This document shows positions 18,700 through 28,597 of a stretch of 64,000 nucleotides of DNA, in pieces. The notes under the pieces are model-generated. The model was given only the letters and a program-made list of their open reading frames with translations. It was not told the DNA's origin and did no database searches. The stretch comes from Candidatus Bathyarchaeia archaeon (GTDB lineage Archaea; Thermoproteota; Bathyarchaeia; 40CM-2-53-6). The translations under genes were made by a program, and so were the position numbers. Positions within the stretch are counted from its first letter, which is position 1. Every line of letters starts with the position of its first letter. Where the stretch lies: NCBI GenBank assembly GCA_049513715.1, contig JBEKVV010000008.1, positions 23,071 to 87,070 of the forward strand, written 5' to 3'.

Positions 18700-19831
18700 G
18701 ACTCACGTCAACCACGCGTCCAGCTTGCTCACCCGTCATCTGACTGAACATCGGTGGGTTGACCATTCTCCTTCCCCACTCCTCAGCCATGTCAAATCGC
18801 GCTTGTTCATGCAAGAACTCCCTGAAGGCAGGTTGTAGATGCAGTGGGGGCCAATAGACCTCTCCCCCAAAAGCTACACCGCGTTCTCTACACAAGGCCT
18901 TGAATTTATCTCTGTCCACGTTCTTTGGCAGGAAAAATGTGTACTTGTAGTAATTGTTCAATTGATTTGCAGGTGTCACTACTCGTTCGAGTCCCAACGT
19001 ACTGAAACCTTCGTCGTAGGTCCTCGCGATAGCATTTCGTTTCTGAATGAACTCGGAGAGTCTGCGGAGCTGAAGTATGCCCAATGCCGCGGATATCTCC
19101 GGCATCCGCCAATTGTACCCTAACTTGACTATCCGATTGCTGGTGTAACTTTCCTTCCCTTGATCCCTAAGAATATCAGCAGTATCAGCCAAATCCTTGC
19201 TATCAGTCGTGATCATGCCTCCCTCTCCTGAGGTGATTACTTTCGTAGGATAGAAACTAAAACAACCAGCCAACCCGAGGGACCCAGCGGGCTTTCCACC
19301 AATCCTAGAGCCATGAGCATGAGCAGCATCTTCTATCAGGAATAAGCCTCGTTGACTGCAAATTTCTCTGATGGCATCGATCTCTGGGCAGATGATGCCC
19401 CCGATGTGAACTGGAATGACTCCTCTAGTTTTCTCCGTAATCGTTTGCTTTACCGCATTCGAATCAATTGTCATTGTCTTGGGAGAGATGTCTGTCATGA
19501 CAGGTCTGCCGCCTGCATAAACTACGGCAGCAGCTGTAGCGGTGAAGGTGTTTGTTGGAACTATTACCTCATCGCCCTTCTTCAAACCATGAGCTCTAAG
19601 AGCTATCTCAAGAGCGCTTGTTCCGGAGTTCACAGCAATCGCGCGTCGTACGCCAGTGAGATTGGCAAATTGCCGCTCAAAATCTCTCGTGTACTCGCCG
19701 AGTGTCAACTGCCCTGATGTCAGAATCTTCACGAGATGTTCTTTCATCTCTTCAATGTCCTGTTGGGGAAAGTACGGTTTGGTAGGCGGTATGATATCAG
19801 AGGACATTGACCCAAATCTCCACGATTTCAA
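18671..19831 (-). CDS. DegT/DnrJ/EryC1/StrS sugar aminotransferase
   Basis: NSGTSAL, EDAAHAHG, SFYPTKVITSGEGG. Confidence 0.95.
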   Translation of the reverse strand: MKSWRFGSMSSDIIPPTKPYFPQQDIEEMKEHLVKILTSGQLTLGEYTRDFERQFANLTGVRRAIAVNSGTSALEIALRAHGLKKGDEVIVPTNTFTATAAAVVYAGGRPVMTDISPKTMTIDSNAVKQTITEKTRGVIPVHIGGIICPEIDAIREICSQRGLFLIEDAAHAHGSRIGGKPAGSLGLAGCFSFYPTKVITSGEGGMITTDSKDLADTADILRDQGKESYTSNRIVKLGYNWRMPEISAALGILQLRRLSEFIQKRNAIARTYDEGFSTLGLERVVTPANQLNNYYKYTFFLPKNVDRDKFKALCRERGVAFGGEVYWPPLHLQPAFREFLHEQARFDMAEEWGRRMVNPPMFSQMTGEQAGRVVDVSREVLSRIAS

Positions 19832-19900
19832 GATCCAGCGTCGGTCGCCCCAGCATGCCCTTCAATCTCACTCAATAGTGTCATAAAGGGGTTTGGATTC

Positions 19901-20668
19901 TCAATCAATATCATGAGTTGCTCGATCTTCATGAGACAGCTCCTGTTGCCGTTTCCTGTTGGAGTTGAGGAGAGCTTCAGCAAACTCCGAGCGACAAACG
20001 GAGAGGAGTTTCTCCGCGTTAGGAATAATACAGTGTCCTCCGATGACGCCGGGATGGAACACTGGTCTAGCCTGCTTGCCTTCCCTTTCTGTCGAGCCAA
20101 CGAACTCGACGACCTGATCGTACTGGGCCTCTAGTTGCCGACATATTCGGTGAATCTCCTGAAACCAAGACATCATCAGCCCTCGATAGGTGGTTTCGAA
20201 GATTTTGCCCATCTCAGTCTCGAGCGGCGAGGAACAGATGTACGTTTTCATACCCAGAGTTTCGTAGTACTCCTTTGCTTTTGCGCCTGCTTCCGGACTG
20301 ACCGGGCCGATGAATTTTGTATATTGAAGAAGCCCTCTCTTCATGCCTTCCGAGATGTTCCCTCGCACCGGTGAATGGCATAGCAGGACTTTCTTTCCTA
20401 GGTTCCTGCCTACTTCAAGGGTTGTTCCAGGGGAAACCGTGGTCTCTACCAGCACGAGCTTAGGCGAAAAGCGTTCAATGTATCGAAGGGAGGACGAAAC
20501 AAAGTCTGCTCGAGTTTGCTCCGGATACGTGATGTGCATGATGTCCGGATTCATTTCGACCTTCTTGTCCTCAACATCCAGCCATTCTACTTCCGGATAG
20601 ACACCTCGAACTACCTCGAAGAGAGGCTTGCCCACTTCACCATATCCCACAATCAGTATTCTTCTCAC
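19901..20668 (-). CDS. Short UDP-sugar dehydrogenase (WbpA/UGD family, lacking the C-terminal domain)
   Basis: VGYGEVG, ETTVSPGTT, HSPVRG, GVIGGHCI. Confidence 0.8.
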   Translation of the reverse strand: MRRILIVGYGEVGKPLFEVVRGVYPEVEWLDVEDKKVEMNPDIMHITYPEQTRADFVSSSLRYIERFSPKLVLVETTVSPGTTLEVGRNLGKKVLLCHSPVRGNISEGMKRGLLQYTKFIGPVSPEAGAKAKEYYETLGMKTYICSSPLETEMGKIFETTYRGLMMSWFQEIHRICRQLEAQYDQVVEFVGSTEREGKQARPVFHPGVIGGHCIIPNAEKLLSVCRSEFAEALLNSNRKRQQELSHEDRATHDID

Positions 20669-20716
20669 TTGCCCAACCTCACTATCATGACAAGATGGTT
20701 CGAAGAAGAACCATTT

Positions 20717-21928
20717 CTAGTTACCGGCGAATTCCAGTCCCGTGTACAGATGAAGCAGTATGGCTTGCATTCGATCCCAGTTGTATTCAGTGAGAAACGC
20801 TTTCCTACCTGCATTTCCGAGAGCACGAAGCAACTGCTGGTTGCCCTTGAGTCGCATAAGTTCAGTTGAAAACCGAGTCCGTGCATTCTGGATGACTATT
20901 CCGCAGCCCCACTTTCGCGTTATTTCGGCGGCTAGCGTTCCGTCTCTTACGACCACCGGCACCCCGCATGCCATTGACTCAAAAAGCTTGATCGGCGTGA
21001 GAACCTTCGTGTTCGGACCTATGTCGCGGGTCACTGCGAAGCACAGGTCACTAGCCATGTAGTATGACAACAAATCTTCGCTGGGAACCCAACCTCTGAA
21101 ATCAAACAGGCTCTCGATATCTTCGCTAACTGCTGTATTGATAAGTGGTGCCATGGTCTCTGCGGGGCCCGTGAATACGAATCTGAAGTCTGAAGGGCTG
21201 TCTCGTTTGAGGTCGCGAGCAGCGTCTAGGATCATGGCCAGATCATAGTCCTGCCTCGCCCGGCCTGAAAAAAGAACCATAAAAGCCGGGAGAAGCCCTA
21301 GTTTCCTCCTTGCAGCTAGTTGGTGAATTTGGGGGATCTCCCAAGTGGCAGGGCAGCAATAGATTACGACAACGGGCACTGTCGCCTTCTGACTCAGGTA
21401 GTTGCTAATAGCCTGATTCGCGGCTACGACTGCGTCGACCCGGGAGATTAGTGCTAACTCGAGTCGACCAACTATTCCGGCTACGAGAGAGCCATACCAC
21501 TCTTCATATGCACCCGGTGTCAACTCATGACAGTCATAGACTAGGCGTACGCGATCCTTCAACAGCTGCCTCACTGCGACGCATCCTAGTAGGGTGTTGA
21601 AATCGTGTGCATGCAAAATCAACGCGCGAGCTTTCGCGATCGTCCGTATCACCCATAGAAAACTGATTGCTTGGAAGCAAAGTGCCGCCATCAGGTAGTA
21701 CAGCCTCGAAGAGACCAGCACTGTGGTCCTGCCGAATTTCATGTTGTGAACAAGGCATTGGTCGATTCTCTCTACGGCTGGCCGTCTTCCTTCTCGATCC
21801 CAACACAGAACTTGAACATCAAACCCGGAGTTTGCCAGCGTACTTGCTTCACGTCTGACTCTGGTGTCGGTTGCGAACGTGTTGGCGACGACCATTGAAA
21901 CAGCGCGCAAAGTTGTCAAATCATTCAA
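20717..21928 (-). CDS. Glycosyltransferase family 4
   Basis: DTRVRREA, HAHD, YDCHE, PIKLFESMACGVPVV. Confidence 0.9.
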   Translation of the reverse strand: MNDLTTLRAVSMVVANTFATDTRVRREASTLANSGFDVQVLCWDREGRRPAVERIDQCLVHNMKFGRTTVLVSSRLYYLMAALCFQAISFLWVIRTIAKARALILHAHDFNTLLGCVAVRQLLKDRVRLVYDCHELTPGAYEEWYGSLVAGIVGRLELALISRVDAVVAANQAISNYLSQKATVPVVVIYCCPATWEIPQIHQLAARRKLGLLPAFMVLFSGRARQDYDLAMILDAARDLKRDSPSDFRFVFTGPAETMAPLINTAVSEDIESLFDFRGWVPSEDLLSYYMASDLCFAVTRDIGPNTKVLTPIKLFESMACGVPVVVRDGTLAAEITRKWGCGIVIQNARTRFSTELMRLKGNQQLLRALGNAGRKAFLTEYNWDRMQAILLHLYTGLEFAGN

Positions 21929-21938
21929 CTGCTAGAAG

Positions 21939-22712
21939 CTAGTCCCTCGCGCCGAGGAATAGAAGTAGGAGTGGTGAAATTATTGGCCACCAGTCTTTGA
22001 GCGGCTGAATTTTGGAGTAGCCTCCCCTGTTGCTGAATGGATATGTCTTCGAAACCGGAACCTCTCTCATTCTATACCCCAAGGCCAAAACCTTGTAGTG
22101 AAGATAGTACTCAAGGCTGTAACCGTTGAGCCAAGTCTGATTGAGATTTATTCTAGGATCTCTTAATATGTCGAGCCTATAGCACCGGAAACCATTCGTC
22201 ACATCAGTACACCTCTTATGGGTAAGCAGTGTCCAAACCAGTGGGTAGAGTCTGTTGAACAATACCCTGCTAAACGGCATTCTGCTTCTCTTCCCGCCTG
22301 GCTGATATCTGGAACCTTGCACATAGTCACACTCGCCTCTAGCCACAGGTTCGATGACTCGGTCAATCTCAGCTGGATCATCCTTTCCATTCCCAGCCAT
22401 GATCACTGCAAGATCATGGCCGGTCTCTAGGAGGTACTCTAGACCTTGTCTCAATGAGGACCCCACCCCAGTTCGTCGCCCATTCTTGATGATGTGGACA
22501 GTGACACCGATCTCTCTAGCGGCTTCTCTGATCTTGTTCATATCTCGTCTCAGGGGAATATCTACCACTAGACAGACTGCGCTGATCGACCCTTTTCTGA
22601 AGCCACTCAGAACCCAGCAGACCGTATCGCTGTCTTGACCATAGATGGGTATCACAGCACCCACCTTTGGTGCAGTCGGGAAGACTTGTGGTTCGGACAA
22701 CTGAACTGTCAT
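21939..22712 (-). CDS. Glycosyltransferase family 2 (polyprenol-phosphate glycosyltransferase-like)
   Basis: MAGNGKDDP, DYVQGSR, TDVTNGFR, REVPV. Confidence 0.88.
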   Translation of the reverse strand: MTVQLSEPQVFPTAPKVGAVIPIYGQDSDTVCWVLSGFRKGSISAVCLVVDIPLRRDMNKIREAAREIGVTVHIIKNGRRTGVGSSLRQGLEYLLETGHDLAVIMAGNGKDDPAEIDRVIEPVARGECDYVQGSRYQPGGKRSRMPFSRVLFNRLYPLVWTLLTHKRCTDVTNGFRCYRLDILRDPRINLNQTWLNGYSLEYYLHYKVLALGYRMREVPVSKTYPFSNRGGYSKIQPLKDWWPIISPLLLLFLGARD

Positions 22713-23431
22713 TTGACTAGGGACCTAGCTGGGTTGCCGCAGACAATTGTACCGTCGGGGACGTCACTGATCACCACCGAGCCGGCACCTACCATAGCGC
22801 TTCTTCCAATCCTCACCCCTGGGAGGATAACTGAATGGGCGCCTACCGATGCGCCACTCCCAACAATTGTCTTGAGGAGCTTCCAATCGCCTTTCACATG
22901 AGGGTACTTGTCATTAGTGAAGGTCACGTTTGGACCTAGGAATACTTGATCTTCGATGATAACGCCGGTCGGTATGTACACATGGGGTTTGATCTTGCAG
23001 TTATCTCCCACCGTGACGCCTTCCTCTATATATACGAAGGACTCGATCCTGCAATTCCTGCCAATCTTACACTTGTACAGGTTAACATGGTCCCTCACCT
23101 CGGTACCCTCCCCGATCTCAGCGTCTACAATCTTCGAGAACTTTGGCTGTCTCAGGCTGGCCTGATTTCCCTCGGTAGGGCTAATCGTCTCAGGCCGTAA
23201 GTCATCCAACTCTAATGGATCACTTACCTCTGGCGAAGGGGGCTCGGTGACCATTGTGTACCCTAACCACGTAAGCAGTCCCAACACTCCCAGAAGAGCT
23301 ACCAACGCGGTTAGTTGAAGGGTCAAGGTTGTGGCATACAGTAATCCCAGAGCGTACGCCACCATGCAGAGAGGGCCTGCTAGTAGGATCAGGAACCCTA
23401 CATGCTTGTTATTGACCAGTTTCCCTACCAC
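22709..23431 (-). CDS. WbpD-like hexapeptide N-acetyltransferase fused to an N-terminal 2-TM domain
   Basis: Hexapeptide repeats, GPNVTFTNDKYP, GAGSVV, GNPAR; N-terminus homologous to 25784..26041. Confidence 0.88.
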   Translation of the reverse strand: MVGKLVNNKHVGFLILLAGPLCMVAYALGLLYATTLTLQLTALVALLGVLGLLTWLGYTMVTEPPSPEVSDPLELDDLRPETISPTEGNQASLRQPKFSKIVDAEIGEGTEVRDHVNLYKCKIGRNCRIESFVYIEEGVTVGDNCKIKPHVYIPTGVIIEDQVFLGPNVTFTNDKYPHVKGDWKLLKTIVGSGASVGAHSVILPGVRIGRSAMVGAGSVVISDVPDGTIVCGNPARSLVK

Positions 23432-23434
23432 GCA

Positions 23435-23916
23435 CTAACTTGGTTCTCGAATGTGAGGGTTTCTGCGAGTAACATCACGTTGCATGTCTTGGTATTCCTT
23501 CAGAAATCTTGAGCCAGACTCGGTGATTTCATAGCTAATTCCTTCCTGAGTTGAAACGGTACGCACAAAGCCCGATCTCACGAGCATGTCAGCGTACCTC
23601 GCAAGTGTAGCGTTGTCAGCACTTTCCTTATTCGAGACATTGCTTGGCTTTGAACCACTACTCGCCATTTCCAAGACCACGAAAGAACTAGAGCTGCCGT
23701 GCCGGAGGCTGTTGAAACAGCGATCTTCGTTCCACAATATCGGGCGAACTCCTCTTCAAACTTGTACACGCTTTCTCCGAGGACGAAGCGTTCATTCTGC
23801 AGTGCATGAACCGCTGCCTCTTTCATTTCCTCGTCGAAAACCGACTTTGCTAGCGGTATCTTCGGTCTCGGCGGGTGGGCGTTCACAGTTGCCTCGGCGG
23901 ACTGATCCGTATTCAT
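23435..23916 (-). pseudogene. Deletion scar: DegT N-terminal fragment joined out of frame to an ArnR1-like wHTH
   Basis: KIPLAKSVFDEEMKEAA...TASGTAAL nearly matches 37172..38302, then another frame gives LARYADMLVRSG...YEITESGSRFL. Confidence 0.75.
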
Positions 23917-23917
23917 G

Positions 23918-24565
23918 CTACGCTAACCTCTCTGACTGGACCCTTTCGAGGCTGACCGAAAACCGCCTTCCGAGCGCGACCAAGGCCAGTCCGACTGTGA
24001 GGATCGTCAGCGAAATGACAGTTGGGGTGAGTCTGATGCCCCATGGCGTGTAGTTGAGCACGAGCCCGACCAACGGAACCAGTGCCAAGCTTAGCCCAAC
24101 GCTCAGCGCGAAACGCTCGATTCCATCCAAGTCGCGCCCTTTCGGGAAGAGGGCCTCGACTGTCACGTAGCCCGGCAGGAATAGAACAAACACGGAGCCC
24201 AAGACCCATCGCACTGCCACCAGCGGAAGCTCGGCCGAAAGCGTGTAGATCGCAAGCACCGTCATCAGCGACGCTGCCACTGACGCATAGAACCACACGT
24301 TTCTTTCCCAAAGTCCAAGATACTCCCTCAGGGATCTCACATGCGGTGGCACATCTTCAGCCTCAACCTGATTCCGCTCGACAAGACGCCACACCAGATC
24401 CGTGACCTCAGTGTCACTTAAGGACGGGTTCTTCGCTTGAAGAGCATCCAATAACACTGGGACGGTCGTTGTGCCGTTCTTCCTCAAATAGTCAAGCGCC
24501 TGATCATCTAGGCTTTTCGCCGTGGACAAAACGAGATGCGGCTGCTTGCCGTTCTTCCCATTCAT
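23918..24565 (-). CDS. DUF1616-type membrane protein with an N-terminal wHTH-like domain
   Basis: FVLFLPGY, IERFALSVGLSLA, GLVLNYTPWGIR. Confidence 0.8.
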   Translation of the reverse strand: MNGKNGKQPHLVLSTAKSLDDQALDYLRKNGTTTVPVLLDALQAKNPSLSDTEVTDLVWRLVERNQVEAEDVPPHVRSLREYLGLWERNVWFYASVAASLMTVLAIYTLSAELPLVAVRWVLGSVFVLFLPGYVTVEALFPKGRDLDGIERFALSVGLSLALVPLVGLVLNYTPWGIRLTPTVISLTILTVGLALVALGRRFSVSLERVQSERLA

Positions 24566-24636
24566 GCCAACGACGCCCGGCTGTCGCCACTGCTATATAG
24601 AATGGAGAATGATGATGCAAACGGATTGATCCGCGA

Positions 24637-25122
24637 ATGCGCAGCTCCTGGAGAATTCTCATCCTCACGATCGCCACGATGCTTATTTTTGTCGCCGTGC
24701 AGTCGAACAATTTCACGTACCTTCGCGCAAATGAAATTCAACCCGGATTCAACCAGGCGATCACGCAAGTCCGCTTGGCCGAGTCGTCGGGTGCAACGCA
24801 GAGCGAGATCACTGAACTTCTCACACCGCTGAACAAGGCGCTCGACCTGAACGAGCAAGCACTTAAGCTGACGTCGCCCAACGACGCGCAGCGGCGCGCA
24901 GAACTTCTCACCCAGGTTAATGCGATGCTGAACGATGTGCAAACGAGGGCCAGCGAGCTGGAGACTGTAGCCTCCCAGAGAACTCGCACCAATACCCTGC
25001 TCGCGTACGTCTACGGCGGCATCGCGGCTGCAGTTGGAACATTCGCCTACGCGGTCCTCATGGTTTTCTATCGACGGTACCGTATCAAACGCACATCCCA
25101 AATGAAGGTCACCGCAAAATGA
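24637..25122 (+). CDS. Hypothetical helical protein with N- and C-terminal TM segments
   Basis: Hydrophobic ends and coiled-coil middle; overlaps the next start codon. Confidence 0.7.
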   Translation: MRSSWRILILTIATMLIFVAVQSNNFTYLRANEIQPGFNQAITQVRLAESSGATQSEITELLTPLNKALDLNEQALKLTSPNDAQRRAELLTQVNAMLNDVQTRASELETVASQRTRTNTLLAYVYGGIAAAVGTFAYAVLMVFYRRYRIKRTSQMKVTAK

Positions 25123-25751
25123 GCTTAATATCATCACAGAACAAGCGCACATTCATCATAGTCTTCATTACGCTTCTAGTCGTTTTCGAGATGATCGCGT
25201 ACGTGGCCACGACTCCACGTCCACGCGAACAGTTCTTCCAGCTCTATGTTCTCGGCTCGAAGAGAATGGCCGCTGATTACTATCCAAACAACGACACCGA
25301 TATTTCGCGCGGCGAAATGGTCACCTGGTACCTGGGCGCCACGAACTCCATGGGCAACGTCCAGTTCGCCGAGATTCGCGTTAAGCTAGGCAACCAGACC
25401 ATAAAGCCGCCCGATGACCAACTGGCGCTGCCGTCTCCGGCGCCACTCGTCACAGAATTCAAACGCTTCACGCAAGACAATGAGACGTGGGAATTCCCGT
25501 TTGTCTGGCGCGTCACTAACGTCAGATTCGCGAACAACTCTGCAAAGATCTTGGAGCTTGAGATCAACGGTGAGACCTTTCAGGTAGTTGACTGCTCCGC
25601 TCGTGGCGGTTACAACTTTCGGTTGATCTTTGAGCTTTGGACATGGGATACGGGCACGGGAGCGTTTCAGTTCGGCTGGGTCACTGGCGGCGAGCATCGA
25701 GTGGCTTGGCTGCAAGTCTGGTTCAACATGACAACTCCTACAGCGGTGTAA
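25119..25751 (+). CDS. DUF1616 C-terminal-like extracellular protein
   Basis: TM, then EQFFQLYVLG...AADYYP, RLIFELW, WLQVWFN. Confidence 0.7.
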   Translation: MSLISSQNKRTFIIVFITLLVVFEMIAYVATTPRPREQFFQLYVLGSKRMAADYYPNNDTDISRGEMVTWYLGATNSMGNVQFAEIRVKLGNQTIKPPDDQLALPSPAPLVTEFKRFTQDNETWEFPFVWRVTNVRFANNSAKILELEINGETFQVVDCSARGGYNFRLIFELWTWDTGTGAFQFGWVTGGEHRVAWLQVWFNMTTPTAV

Positions 25752-25783
25752 GAGGCGCTGACTAATTCTGTCCAGCTCGTCGT

Positions 25784-26041
25784 CTACTGACCTTTCCGCT
25801 CAGAGCCCGCTACAGTGTCCGTCTGAGTCAAAGCGGGTTCCGACTCGAGTGGGACTGGTGGAGGTGTCGTTGCCATGGTCCACCCAATCCATGCCAATAT
25901 TATGAGCACCCCTGCCACAGCGACGAACGCGGTAACCTGCAGAACCATAACCGGGAAAGCGTAGACGAGCCATGCGTAGACAATGATCCCAACCACGCTG
26001 CCGACAAGGAGCGCGGTGCCGATTGCTCTGTCTTTATTCAT
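25784..26041 (-). CDS. Conserved archaeal 2-TM protein (DPM2/PIG-P-like topology)
   Basis: MNKDRAIGTALLVGS...LAWIGWTMATTPPP. Confidence 0.7.
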   Translation of the reverse strand: MNKDRAIGTALLVGSVVGIIVYAWLVYAFPVMVLQVTAFVAVAGVLIILAWIGWTMATTPPPVPLESEPALTQTDTVAGSERKGQ

Positions 26042-26042
26042 T

Positions 26043-26474
26043 CTACGTGTTTACCTCTAACAATCCAAGATACGTCTGGTATCGTGGATCTTGCAACCAA
26101 CCTCGCACTCTTGGAGCCCAACTGAACACTCCACGGGGCTTGGCGAACTCCTGAAGCATCATCGTCGCTCTTGTTCTTCCGACTCTTCCGATGCGGCTAA
26201 CCATCTGAACGATCTTCAATGCAACGCGTAGGGCCTGCACCATTAGTTTCGTGTTGCTGATTTTGCCCCTAGCCTTGGCTACCCATAAAGCGCACCGGAA
26301 CAGCGCTCTATCCGCAGTATCAAGGTGTCCCCAATTCCCGTTTCTGAGGCCCCTACGCAGGAAACCAACCAAGCAAGGATAAGTGATAGAATTACCATCT
26401 TCAAGCAAATCACTCATCCAATCCTTAGCTGATCTACGGCCCGAATGATGCGATTGTGTAGTGGCCGCGAACAC
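26043..26474 (-). CDS. Conserved hypothetical basic protein
   Basis: RRGLRNGNW...FSWAPRVRGWLQDPRYQTYLG; 1 bp from the 2-TM gene. Confidence 0.6.
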   Translation of the reverse strand: MFAATTQSHHSGRRSAKDWMSDLLEDGNSITYPCLVGFLRRGLRNGNWGHLDTADRALFRCALWVAKARGKISNTKLMVQALRVALKIVQMVSRIGRVGRTRATMMLQEFAKPRGVFSWAPRVRGWLQDPRYQTYLGLLEVNT

Positions 26475-26569
26475 GGAAACTGTAGCACCTTGAACTCGAA
26501 AGAACCATCAATGGTTATAATTCATTGCGAGTTGCACACTAGAATACAGGCAAGGGTCTTCTATGAGAC

Positions 26570-27826
26570 TTGTTCTTTTTACTTGTTGTTGTCAAACCTC
26601 GTTCAGAGAGCACAGCTCCTCTAGAAGTCGTGTCGGGAACTTTATTATTGCGCCGACCACGACCTAACCTTGAATGGGAAGCCACTTTGGTTTATTGCAA
26701 CGGTTGCGGTACCAGACCCGCCCAACACGACAACTACTGCCGAACCTGCGGAAAAAAGATCAGCCATCTCCCTATGCTTTGGAGGATAAGGCAGAATGTC
26801 TCTGTGCCTGTTCGGCTAGGGGCCAGAATGGAAATTGAGACTAGAAGACCTGTCATGAGAACTATGGAAAACAACTCCGCAATCAATAGTACAACCGACG
26901 CCAACCCAAACGTGGCAATGGTCGCTCGGTCTGGAGAAGTAATGACCAAAACTGAACAAGTTCACAGGCAAGATGCGAACTTTGAGTTGGCGCCGAGCCT
27001 CCCGGAAGAAGAGGAACTAATCGTCAAGATGAAAGAATTAGAGACGACCAACCTTCGCGCCAAATCTCGGAAAAAGGGAATTCAACCCTCAACTATCGCG
27101 GGCTACACCATGGTTGCCACGGGCGTTATTTCTCTAGCGTTGTCAGTCTATGTCTCATCAACAATCCTCGTCTTCATGGGTCTGGGGCTCACGTTCTGGG
27201 GGGCCCTCCTCCTATTTATCAGGCCTCAGAAGTACGTGAGATCGGCGCTCATGGACTCCACCGCGCTCTCGTCCATGAGAACGATCGACCGTGTCATGAC
27301 AAGCTTGGGTTATCTTGAGAAGGGCATCTACATCCCGGGGGGAAATCCTGAAAGAGCGGTCGTCTTCGTCCCTTCCGAACCATTTGGGAGAATTCCGAAG
27401 GCCAAGGAGATTGAGGATCAAACGTTCATCGAGAACCCAAAGGGCATTGTTATGATTCCTCCCGGTCTCGCGTTGGCAAACTTGATCGAAAAGGAACTCG
27501 GCGTCGATTTGAAGAAATGCAGCCTGGAAGCTCTGAACGAACGCTTGCCGAAGCTGATCATTGAGGATCTGGAGATAGCACAGAACTTTGAAATGCACGT
27601 CAACGGCGACGAAGTGCGCTTCAAGTTCGATGGATCAATCTACTCCGACTTCTGCCACAAACTCAGTAACAGCACGAGGGTTTGTGCAGGTCTGGGGTGC
27701 CCGATGTGCAGCGCCATGGCATGCGTGCTCGCCATATCAACAGGCAGACCCGTTTCATTCGAAGGGGACAAGTTTTCCGCAGACGGCAAGTCACTCGAAT
27801 CCTCTTATCGCATCCTCGAGGCTTGA
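26570..27826 (+). CDS. Membrane protein with zinc ribbon, 2 TM and a Cys-rich V4R-like C-terminal domain
   Basis: CNGCG...YCRTCG; TM pair; CAGLGCPMCSAMAC; start uncertain. Confidence 0.65.
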   Translation: MFFLLVVVKPRSESTAPLEVVSGTLLLRRPRPNLEWEATLVYCNGCGTRPAQHDNYCRTCGKKISHLPMLWRIRQNVSVPVRLGARMEIETRRPVMRTMENNSAINSTTDANPNVAMVARSGEVMTKTEQVHRQDANFELAPSLPEEEELIVKMKELETTNLRAKSRKKGIQPSTIAGYTMVATGVISLALSVYVSSTILVFMGLGLTFWGALLLFIRPQKYVRSALMDSTALSSMRTIDRVMTSLGYLEKGIYIPGGNPERAVVFVPSEPFGRIPKAKEIEDQTFIENPKGIVMIPPGLALANLIEKELGVDLKKCSLEALNERLPKLIIEDLEIAQNFEMHVNGDEVRFKFDGSIYSDFCHKLSNSTRVCAGLGCPMCSAMACVLAISTGRPVSFEGDKFSADGKSLESSYRILEA

Positions 27827-27832
27827 AGCTCA

Positions 27833-28045
27833 ATGTGGTTCCCGCTGGGTTTCGGGGATCTCAGCCTCTGGACTGCCGTCGTGGCGATAATACTGCTCAT
27901 CACGTCCGAGCTGTTGTCGCCCCAGTACGGAATGACAGGGATCATGATAAACAGACGTCGACTGCGTTTCGTAGCTCTTATGGTCGCCTTCGTCTTCTTG
28001 GGCACCGTGGCCTACAGAGTCTACGAAATAGTCATCAAACCGTGA
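27833..28045 (+). CDS. Small 2-TM membrane protein
   Basis: LSLWTAVVAIILLITSELLSPQYG...RLRFVALMV. Confidence 0.65.
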   Translation: MWFPLGFGDLSLWTAVVAIILLITSELLSPQYGMTGIMINRRRLRFVALMVAFVFLGTVAYRVYEIVIKP

Positions 28046-28180
28046 CCTTTAGCCCAAGGCATGTGAGTCAGACTATGATCTAGGGTGCGTTTCTCTATTT
28101 GCTCAGGTTCGAGCACAGGAACACTATTTATCGTTAGCACGATGATGCTGCTGGCCATCGGGCCCGAATCCGCTAAAGCG

Positions 28181-28501
28181 CTACTCGGAAACGCTCAAAC
28201 TTTTCTCAAGCGACCGTCTCTTTGCCTCAACAACTTCGGAATGCTTTTGCAGTTCACTAAAATCTTCCAGAAACTGGCGGCCCTTCTCTGTGGCCACGTA
28301 GATCTTCTCTTTCTCGTTTCGCGCTTGCAGAAGGCCGAGGTTCACAAGCATCTCTAGGTACTTCTGGAGAAGGTCGAAGCTAAGGTTGCCCTGGTACATA
28401 ATTCGTGTCTTTCGGGAGCCGTTCTTTGCGATTTCAAGGATGCCTGCGGTTATCTCCATCCGGTTTCTGTAAGGCCTTCTGCGGCCGTTTGACTGTTCCA
28501 T
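28181..28501 (-). CDS. ArnR1-like winged-helix regulator
   Basis: RNRMEITAGIL...KTRIMYQGNLS...TEKGRQFL. Confidence 0.88.
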   Translation of the reverse strand: MEQSNGRRRPYRNRMEITAGILEIAKNGSRKTRIMYQGNLSFDLLQKYLEMLVNLGLLQARNEKEKIYVATEKGRQFLEDFSELQKHSEVVEAKRRSLEKSLSVSE

Positions 28502-28597
28502 GTAACCCCATTTGGCACCCGAAGGGCGTGGGAGGGTAGGGTACAGGCTGAAAAGGCAGTTGTGAAAGTCTTTTCTAGAACATTAATCCAGTCCGCT

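Noticed and set aside
24562-25152. 196-aa minus-strand ORF and similar antisense ORFs (e.g. 33009..33749, 61222..62061)
   Set aside because: They are shadows of better-supported genes on the opposite strand and have no motifs.
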